From Eledone cirrhosa (Eukaryota), in assembly GCA_964016885.1 (NCBI GenBank), contig OZ024742.1, forward strand, positions 34,224,001 to 34,288,000: DNA of 64,000 nucleotides, given 5' to 3'. Made by a program: the position numbers and the translations under genes. Shown piece after piece: positions 54,170 to 64,000 of the stretch. How positions within the stretch are numbered: position 1 is the first letter of the stretch; every line of letters begins with the position of its first letter. Below the pieces are notes generated by a model, which saw only the letters and a program-made list of their open reading frames with translations, was not told where the DNA came from and did no database searches.

Positions 54170-54620
54170 ACAAGAATATATAGATGATTCATACGACCTT
54201 GACGTCTACTGTGATCAAACAGATTGAGGTTTTCAAGAGTTTTATGTTTCTGGTTATTTCATGTACGCAATTTTCAGTTTTTCTCTTCATTCGAAATCCG
54301 AACTGAGATTTGAATAAAATGTTCATTGTCTCTCCTAAGAAAAATAATCTATTATCTCTAATTTTTTCTTACATTTTAGACAGAGTACTTAGTATAACTA
54401 CTGGACAATATGATCTGGTAGAGTGATAGTTGTTCTTATTCGGTTTAGGAATTATTAATAATTGGGTAAATTTCCATATACATCTGGATGTTGTCGAAAT
54501 TTAATCAGACTATAAAAGAGGTTTAGGACAATACTTTTAGGATAATTAATTGTATTGCAATCAATTTTTCACTTATGATTCAATTAGATATTCCATCTTG
54601 ATCTCTGAGCGTTTCCTCGT
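54170..54620 (-). pseudogene. decayed non-LTR RT fragment (R1/I-group-like)
   Basis: Minus strand IIPKPNKNNYHSTRSYCPVVILSTLSKM*EKI...SQFGFRMKRKTENC...ITVDVK; contains stops and frameshifts. Confidence 0.7.
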
Positions 54621-54777
54621 TTAAGTCATACTTAACTTCCAGTAGCGCTTGTTCAATAGTAGGAGGGATGTCTACATTCGGAAAATAAGGGGTAGAAAGT
54701 TTGTAATTAGTATTGGGTTCTGTAAACGAACGGTTGTTCGAAAACGATCCTGCAGCTGTAGTAATGATTGTTTATAC

Positions 54778-54900
<123 letters not shown>

Positions 54901-55040
54901 ATTTACAATATGATATTATGCTTTCATCTCTGTGTTGGTCTAATCTTTTCTTGAACTTTATATATATATATATATATATTTATTTTTACACACACACATA
55001 TATATGTATATATACATATATATATATACATATATATATA

Positions 55041-55072
<32 letters not shown>

Positions 55073-55159
55073 CATATATATATACATACATACATACACA
55101 TGCACACACACACACATATATATGTATATATATACATATATATATATATATACATATAT

Positions 55160-55982
55160 ATAAACGGAAAAAATGAAACGAAATTTCATTTCTCATTCTT
55201 AGTACGGCTATTACTTAAATATAAGTATGTATAGGTACATACATATATGTATACAGACGTACAGTAGTATGTATATGTATATACATACATGCACACATAT
55301 ATACATGTACGTATGGATTCACCGAACATTTATTATAATGCTCGGTGTGTTTGTAAACAAACATCCCGAATTAAGCCGTAGTGTCTAGCAACCATCATTG
55401 CTCGTTTGTTCAACACTGACAAAGGAACGCCGTACTAGTTTCAAGCTTATTAGCTATCGTCAGGAACGTATACCTTCCTGCCAGATGATTGAACGTCTGA
55501 AAGTATATACTTTCCTTATGCATATTAACGGCTGAGCAGCCTAATTTGCATATCGAGTGGGTTAATCGGCCGGGTGCATCGAAAACGATAAACGGAAAAA
55601 ATGAAAGGAAATTTATCGTTTTCGGTGCACCCGGCCGATTAACCCACTCGATATGGAAATTAGGCTGCTCAGCCGTTAATATGCATAAGGAAAGTATATA
55701 CTTTCAGACGTTCAATCATCTGGCAGGAAGGTATACGTTGCTGACGATAGCTAATAAGCTTGAAACTAGTACAGCGTTCCTTTGTCAGTGTTGAACAAAC
55801 GAGCAACGATGGTTGCTAGACACTACCGCTTAATACGGGATGTTTGTTTACAAACACACCGAGCATTATAATACATGTTCGGTGAATCCATACGGATATA
55901 TATATATGTGTGCATGTATGTATATATATACATACTACTGTACGTCTGTATACATATATGTATGTACGTATACATACTTATC
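55160..55982. mobile_element. head-to-head palindrome of the 38513 retrozyme-like family, HHRs 55427-55469 (-) and 55735-55777 (+)
   Basis: ACGTTG-CTGACGA-TAGCT-AATA-AGCTT-GAAA-CTAG-TA-CAGCGT; left arm holds more than one monomer (ATAAACGGAAAAAATGAAA at 55160 and 55589). Confidence 0.85.
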
Positions 55983-56079
55983 CATATATATATATATATA
56001 TATATACGTATGTATATACATACATACACACATACACACGCACCCCCGCACCCCCACACACATATATATATATATATAT

Positions 56080-56699
56080 GCAAAAGTTTTATTTAAAATT
56101 GTTGGGTTACAACTAGTAAAAATTTTATAACTGATATAAAAGCACTCAACAGTTTTTGGAGTAGGTTTACGATATTAAACAAATGGAAACTATACTTATA
56201 AAACCATATTTACTTCGTTATATATATTTCTGGGATATCATATTAAAAATATGGTATGCCTTCCTCAGACAAAATACAATATATAAGCTGTTTTATAAAT
56301 AATTTTGACATACCTTATAATAATGCAACTTCCATCATCAACTTTTTAAATGGAAGTTGCATTATTATAAGGTATGTCAAAATTATTTATAAAACAGCTT
56401 ATATATTGTATTTTGTCTGAGGAAGGCATACCATATTTTTAATATGATATCCCAGAAATATATATAACTGTTTCTACTTTAGGCACAAGGCCAGCAATTA
56501 CCCAGTGCATTACTGGTACTTTATTTTATCGACCCCGTAAGGATGAAAGGCAAAGTCAACCTCGGCGGGATTTGAACTCAGATCGTAAAGGGACGTAACT
56601 ATGCTGGAAAGCATGGCGTCCGACCCTCTACCGATACTGCCAATCCATATAACGAAGTAAATATGGTTTTATAAATATAGTTTCCATTTGTTTAATATC

Positions 56700-56702
<3 letters not shown>
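56080..56702. mobile_element. asymmetric HHR palindrome (HHR 56211-56276 -; mirror from 56409 split by a SINE)
   Basis: Arms 56168-56336 / 56350-56702; TATTTTGT-CTGAGGA-...-GAAA-TATATA-TA-ACGAAGTA; ~88-nt tail on the left. Confidence 0.82.
56469..56647 (-). mobile_element. young SINE family A copy
   Basis: TSD TATAAC at 56463-56468 and 56648-56653; nearly identical to 59922-60106. Confidence 0.9.
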
Positions 56703-56736
<34 letters not shown>

Positions 56737-56999
56737 ATTGGTACAAATACAGAAAGGTCTTATAAAATATCTGTAGAATATTTTTTCAACTTTCATCCGG
56801 AATATCCGCTGTAATCGCATATCTATTACTTATCATGTGATATGATTAGACGTTGGTAAATTTTTTTTCCTTTAATATAGTCACGTTTTTCAATCCTATG
56901 TATGTGCGTATGTATGTATGATACAGCGTGTTATATTTATAACATGATTTTGTATATGCTTATATTGATAACGTATTCATAATGCATTATTGATATAAA

Positions 57000-57674
<675 letters not shown>

Positions 57675-57953
57675 CAAGCAAATTATAAACGTAAACATGT
57701 AAGTATGTTTTTAAACGGTGCGCGAGTTTGAAATTAGAAATTAGAAATTATAAGCTTTCACCGTATGTTTAGACTAAAGAAATTTCTAGCCTGATAGTGG
57801 GGTTTATAACCCTCGGAGAAATGGAAAAAGATGAGTGTTGCCGTACAACACTCATCTTTTTCCATTTCTCCGAGGGTTATAAACCCCACTATCAGGCTAG
57901 AAATTTCTTTAGTCTAAAAATACGGTGAAAGCTTATAATTTCTAATTTCTAAT
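57675..57953. mobile_element. asymmetric palindrome related to the tRNA-containing 23051/23332 family
   Basis: Arms 57734-57840 / 57846-57953; CAACACTCATCTTTTTCC...GAGGGTTATAAACCCC...TTTAGTC aligns with 23487-23560; tail includes AAACGGTGCGCGAGTTTGAAA as at 23358. Confidence 0.7.
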
Positions 57954-58032
57954 ATATATATATATATGTACATATATATATGTATATATATATGTGTATA
58001 TATTTCTCTCTATATATATATGTATATATTTC

Positions 58033-58063
<31 letters not shown>

Positions 58064-58559
58064 TATATATATATATAAATATATTATATATTATAAGTAT
58101 AATACAGAATGTTGTATGGCGATGCCGATGATGGAAATAAAGATTTGTTTACAATATCTGTTGAATTCGCTTCTGTCAATGCTAATCCGAAAACTCCGCT
58201 TGTAATCACATGTTACTTATTACTGTCCATTTTATTTGGTAGACGTTGCAGATATATTTAACACAAAAATTGGACATCTATGATATGAGAGACAACGTTA
58301 ATATATTTAACATATAAACGGGCCGATCTATATTGCTATGCCGATATGAAAGTAACTGCATCTGACCTAATTCTTATGAAAATATATTACTTAATGCTAC
58401 GGAAATGTCGCGTCAATATGTTTAAGATTTGCAATATCTGGAGCCGTAAACGGTTATCATAAATTTAATATGTCCGTCATTGATGTTATTTAACCGGAAA
58501 ATTTGCTCAAATGAACATAAAGCCACTCCATGCAGTCTCAGATATTCAGGATTTTTCGA

Positions 58560-58975
58560 AGTTTCCTTGCTGTTCCCAGTAGGCATGCCATTTGACATCT
58601 TCCAAAAAAGAGGGTTAGGCTCATTTTCTTTAGCCATTCTTAGAAACTTTTCGGTACCAAGTACTACTATGAGGATGGCGACGACCTTGATCTCATGACT
58701 ATCCGAAATCATTTTCAGTCCCCTCTTTAGGTCCTAGTACCGGTTAATTTTCTCATTTTCCTTTTCTTGAGCTCTTGTGTCAAAGGGGCTACATCTATAA
58801 TTAAGCAAACTCTGTTTTTCCTGTCAAAAGTCACCAGGTACGACCTATTGTGTTTTAATTCTTTATCTATTTGTATCCTGAAATCTCACAGTACCCTCAC
58901 CCGATCATTTTCTCTCACTCACCCCGGCTGTCTTATGCTCATACCTTTTCTCAGAGTGTGGTAAATTATTCAGTT
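58560..58975 (-). pseudogene. restriction-like endonuclease C-terminus of an R4/Dong-type non-LTR element
   Basis: LPHSEKRYEHK...ENDRVRVL*DFRIQIDKELKHNR...CLIIDVA/PFD...EKENEKINRY*DL...VVAILIVVLGT matches the R2-group RLE pattern. Confidence 0.75.
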
Positions 58976-59039
58976 TGCATAAATGCCAGTGGCTCACTTT
59001 TCCCATGATAAATTGCCTCCATCCTGTAATAAAGTACCT

Positions 59040-59218
59040 GTAATGCGCTGGGGTCGATTTAATCGACTTTCCCCTTCCCCAAAATTGTTGGCCTTGTGCC
59101 TAAATCAGAAATCATCATCGCCGAGGTTAACTGCCTTTCATCCTTACGGAGTCGATAAAATAAAGTACCAGTAATGTACTGGCTTAATTGCCGGCCTTGT
59201 GCCTGAAGTAGAAACAAT
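59040..59218 (+). mobile_element. two adjacent partial SINE family A 3' pieces
   Basis: GGCCTTGTGCCT...AGAAA occurs twice; the Meta-like core is in the second piece. Confidence 0.7.
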
Positions 59219-59921
59219 CATTATTATTATTATCATCATCATCACCATTACCATCATCATTATAATCAGGTCTGTGAAGAGGGTAGATAGGCAGAGATAT
59301 CATAATGTCGGGCAAAATGTTTTGTGGTATTTAGTTGCGTCCCTTATATTCTGAATTCCACCAAGATCGACTTTGCCTTTCCTATCTTTGCACTCGATAT
59401 AATATATACCTTTCCGTTACTAATTTGATCTAAGTAATTCAACCCACCCAGAAACATACAATACATCGTGGTATTTTGCTTATATTAGGAAGCTTTCACC
59501 GTTAAAATACACCAAGGGGTATATTGTCCAATATATCCTTTCATTCAATACATGTTGCATGTATTGAAATACAGGGTAATAGAATGCATCCTCGGTCGGT
59601 TTCAGATTTATTGAGCTACATACAGGATGATTAAAATATAGCGTAAGTGGCTGAGTATTCCACAGAAATGACTAAACCTATGCTAGAATCTGTCTCATGA
59701 TTATCTCGGAGACTTTAAATTACAGGTACAGTTCAGCTGTAAAATGAGGGAGATTTGGCTGATAGTTTTAGCAGCTCAAGAAACCGCATAAAATATCTGC
59801 TGGTTGATTCTCGAAAACTGCTTCTAAAATTTGCATCAGATTTGTTTTATCCACTCTAACTAATTGATGGTCTGCTATATGAGTAGGAAAATGACAATAA
59901 TATGTTTGTTAGTTAATTAAT

Positions 59922-60106
59922 TGTTTCTACTTTTGGCACAAGGCCAGCAATTACCCAGTGCATTACTGGTACTTTATTTTATCGACCCCGTAAGGATGAA
60001 AGGCAAAGTCAACCTCGGCGGGATTTGAACTCAGATCGTAAAGGGACGTAACTATGCTGGAAAGCATGGCGTCCGACCCTCTACCGATACTGCCAATCCA
60101 CCGCCC
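59922..60106 (-). mobile_element. full-length young SINE family A copy
   Basis: 19-bp TSD TGTTTGTTAGTTAATTAAT at 59903-59921 and 60111-60129. Confidence 0.92.
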
Positions 60107-61292
60107 TTTTTGTTTGTTAGTTAATTAATGTCAGTACAAAAGCTATTTATGCAAAGAAACAAAGCCTGTTTTAAGGGTTTTTTTTTTTCTGTACTAAATC
60201 AAGTCAATTTAATTATCAATATACCCAAGAATTGGTTGAAATTTCAAAACAGATTTCTTTTTGTTATTGATTTCTGATGGAGCTATCGAAGAATTTATCG
60301 CATATGTCCAAATAGAAAGATAAAATAAACAGAATTATGGAGGAGTATAGTATATAAATATCTTAGCGGGAACTATAACAATATTGAACGGCTGAATATT
60401 CTACTTGCCATTCACTGTGGTAATAATTGGTTGTTTTCTGTTGCAATGATAAACGTAGTTTATTGTCAAGAGCATCAGATTTGACAGAATATTGCTTAGT
60501 CACTGAAAATTAAATGAATGTTTATAGGAGAAACGTAAATACGTCAGATACTCTTCGTCATCCTCCTTAACTTCCACCTCCTGTTCCTCCTCTGCCTCCT
60601 CCTTCTCCTTCTCCCCCTACCCCTTCTCATCTGCCTCCTCCTCCCCCCCTCCCCCTCCTCCCCCTCCTCCTCCTCCTCATCATCATCATCATGGTCATCA
60701 TCATCATCCCGGCAGTCCTTGTCATCCTCATCACTATTATCATTATTATATGTTCAGGCTGCTATGGTACAGTGTCATAAATAAACACCACCTTTCTGGT
60801 ATTTATTTATGAATCATTACGATCTGTTTGCAAATCCCGCTATGGTAAATTTATATTTTCATCATTTAAGGTCGATAAAATAAAATACTGCCTTCTCCAT
60901 TCTGTCCGCCGGAGCTGTGGGGAGGCCACCAATATGATTGACTGACTTGTCATTTTATCAGTCAGGTGTTCTAATGATTCTATGTTACTCAACACTAGGG
61001 TTCTAAACAACACTTTAATATACGTTGCTTGTTTAATCGACTTCTCATTCCAGCCAGTTGCTGGCCTTGTGTCTAAATCAACAACCGATATTATTATCCT
61101 TGTTATAACTATTGTCTAATTGCACTCCACGCACTACTGCCGCGCCGTAAGTCTGAAAATAAATTGTTATTACTGCTCATTTACGGATTTCTTAATGAAT
61201 TGTCATGTTTTACCAACTTGTTTCGGATTTCAACGTAATATTTGGGGTGTGGTTATCTTTTTCCGGTTCTATAAGGGGCAGAAACTAATTTC

Positions 61293-61466
61293 AAAATATA
61301 TCTAATGACAAAATATATCTAATGACCAAATATATCTAATGACAAAATATATCTAATGACAAAATATATGTAATGACAAAATATATCTAATGACAAAATA
61401 TATCTAGTGACAAAATATATCTAATGAAAACATTTATCTAAAGATAAAATATATCTAATGAAAAAT
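61293..61466. repeat. 17-bp minisatellite, about 10 copies
   Basis: Unit AAAATATATCTAATGAC. Confidence 0.9.
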
Positions 61467-61798
61467 ATTTTAAAACATCAGATTTACAAATGGTGTCGTT
61501 GGACAAAGTTAAGAAGTTGGCAAAAAAAAGATGTAAGAAAGGATCATTAAAGGAATGCAAAAGGAAAATGTTCCTCCTTATTACGAAGGAGAGCTGTACT
61601 CACATCGTTTAAACAACTGGAAATAACAGTCAGAAACGAAACAGCAACCACAGATGCAGTTAAAACATAAAAAAACAAAAACAAAAGAAACAGCAGGACC
61701 AACAAACCCATCCACTACACCAACAACAAAGAGACGTTCTACATTACTTTACGAGGAGATAGTTATTTCATCAGGCCACATCAATTAGTATACATGAC

Positions 61799-61904
<106 letters not shown>

Positions 61905-61920
61905 ATATGTATATATATGT

Positions 61921-62528
61921 CAGGTCACCAGTTGGTGCTACTGGTAACATGTATCCCAGTGCAACCTGTCTCATGGTCGGGTCGTTGGCGACTAAACTGG
62001 CAACCCCACCAAGGTTTCTTGGTGAGGAGGGTGATTTTGACATCCTGCGGGACTAGAAAACAAAACCTGTCAAAGGGCAAAGAAGCTCTTAAGAGTCAAT
62101 GGCCATCCAAAATTACCGGGAGAGATGACCCCTTAGCCTTTGTCAAGGCAGAATTCTAGGAGAAGGAAAACTCTGATATAACACCTGCAACCCTGGTGGT
62201 ATCCAATGATGTTGACATGTTCTTCTTTTTGGTAAATATCATCTTGGTTAAGAGAGTGGGACTGGCTTTGTGCAGTGCCTTTGCTCACTATAAAAGCTTC
62301 ACGGCACAGGCATTGCTTTATATCTGGAGATCTCTCTGCACTTGTCCTCACATGGTACCATGGGCCCAGCACTGTGTGTCAGTAATTGTCACAAGTGTAG
62401 TGTTTGTACCAGAGTATTCAAGTCGCTGGCTGGACTAAAAAGTCACACTCGTTCAGGGCATCGGTAGGGGTTCTCCTACATGGATATAAAGTAGTGGCCG
62501 TACTCGAAAACGAGTTAGCAGCCACCAT
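61921..62528 (+). mobile_element. ~600-bp non-coding retroposon (probably bipartite RTE-derived)
   Basis: Close match to 3923-4468 inverted; no Pol III boxes or credible ORF; structured 5' end. Confidence 0.7.
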
Positions 62529-62551
62529 GTATATATATATATATATATGTA

Positions 62552-62727
62552 CGAGGGCAATCCCAAAAGTAAGGTCTCCTTCCGATATTGCAACTTTTCC
62601 GTTAAAATCCTGTGGATGGTGCTTCGGGAAACCTCAGGAACCAAAATGCAGAGAACATCCAGACTGATCCGCCGATCTTTACGCATGTTTTCCTCGGAAG
62701 GAGACCTTACTTTTGGGATTGCCCTCG
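62552..62727 (-). mobile_element. mariner-derived MITE
   Basis: TA TSD; 34-bp TIR CGAGGGCAATCCCAAAAGTAAGGTCTCCTTCCGA; interior encodes RKDRRISLDVL...EVSRSTIHRILTEKLQYRK (mariner HTH). Confidence 0.85.
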
Positions 62728-62732
62728 TATAT

Positions 62733-62940
62733 AATAACTGCGCGAAATTCGCACTTGGGGGTAGCGTTCAACGGGAGCTCCATTCTCAACGGCTGCCAAG
62801 ATTGAGCATCCTATCGAAGCGCGCGCATGCTTGTTTGGGAGTGAAGGAAGCACCAATCACAGCAGTGTTGTCAACGGCCGTACGAACAGTTTCTCTGCGT
62901 CCCCATCGCTTTCGAGACCTTACCTTTGAGATTACCCTCG
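62733..62940 (-). mobile_element. mariner 5' end: TIR, 5' UTR and transposase start
   Basis: TIR CGAGGGTAATCTCAAAGGTAAGGTCTC; ATG at 62783 gives MELPLNATPKCEFRAVI. Confidence 0.75.
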
Positions 62941-63090
62941 TATGTATATATATATAACAAAAGGTTCAGTTTACATGCCAACACAAGATCAAGAACGAGG
63001 GGCTCATGCTACTGCTTAAAAGAGGCGCTTTGCATAATTGCAAACCAATCGAATATTATTATTAGTATTCAAAAAAACTTAAATTACATT

Positions 63091-63323
<233 letters not shown>

Positions 63324-63624
63324 ATGTAGGGATCGATTGCCTGCTGTAAGGATGAGTACAACATCATGACAGATAAATCTTTCATTATTTTCCAGTGCTT
63401 CAACAACCATTTCTACCCATTTGGAAAACGTAGCACCAGAATATCTATGTAGAGTTCTCTTAGTACATAGAATATGTCGGGAGTTGATAACGAGATCTAC
63501 AATATTCTATTAGGTTAGTATTGCACTTTGGAAGTTTCACTCACTATATACAAAGACATACACAGCGGGTATTCACACACAAACCCAGATAATAATATAT
63601 ATTTGTACATAGGTATGACTTGTT

Positions 63625-63689
<65 letters not shown>

Positions 63690-63692
63690 ACG

Positions 63693-63746
<54 letters not shown>

Positions 63747-63802
63747 TCAAAAGCAAGATGGTGTATGACAGAAGAACAAAAGAGACACAAAATAAAAACC
63801 TA

Positions 63803-63845
63803 GTCACTGAGGATGTCACAGAATGTGTGTCGAAAGAGCTTTGAC
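63803..63845 (+). ncRNA. type-I hammerhead ribozyme
   Basis: GTCA-CTGAGGA-T-GTCACA-GAATG-TGTGTC-GAAA-GAGC-TT-TGAC; flanks homologous to 32756-33000. Confidence 0.75.
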
Positions 63846-64000
63846 AATATATAAACAACCTTCCTGTTATCGAACCAACCAGCCACGCGGAAATTTATAA
63901 TAAATTGAAGTGAAAACCTACAGGTGTTTGTGTTGTTATTGGCAGCGATAATGAGGGACAGAGACCGCTGGAGATAACTCGTCCATGGATCTCGGGAATT

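Overview
AT-rich, microsatellite-dense animal genomic DNA; the SINE families and repeat style suggest a cephalopod such as Octopus (inference). No host protein-coding gene is recognisable, and most of the ORF track is (TA)n/(CA)n artefact. Recognisable coding sequence is all transposon-derived: two 5'-truncated Penelope-like elements (PLEs) with RT + GIY-YIG ORFs (6063-7979 +; 47270-49195 -, flanked by ~3.2-kb inverted arms), a 1.86-kb palindrome of a PLE endonuclease/3' end, CR1-type, RTE, R1-like and R4/Dong-like LINE remnants, and mariner fragments. There are also many tRNA-derived SINEs, two MITEs and a 28 x 61-bp array grown from a LINE 3' end. The main hidden signal is about 25 type-I hammerhead ribozyme (HHR) motifs from more than a dozen distinct families, read by eye. 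Most have a self-complementary stem III and sit in elements embedded in (TA)n tracts. These elements share one architecture: head-to-head inverted arms with a 50-130 nt tail on one arm only, or tail-body-tail direct repeats. The set includes ORF-less 430-670 nt retrozyme-like monomers, a U3-A8 core variant, a copy truncated exactly at the predicted cleavage site, and a family carrying a tRNA-like fold where no ribozyme is seen. All alignments and folds are manual and need computational confirmation.
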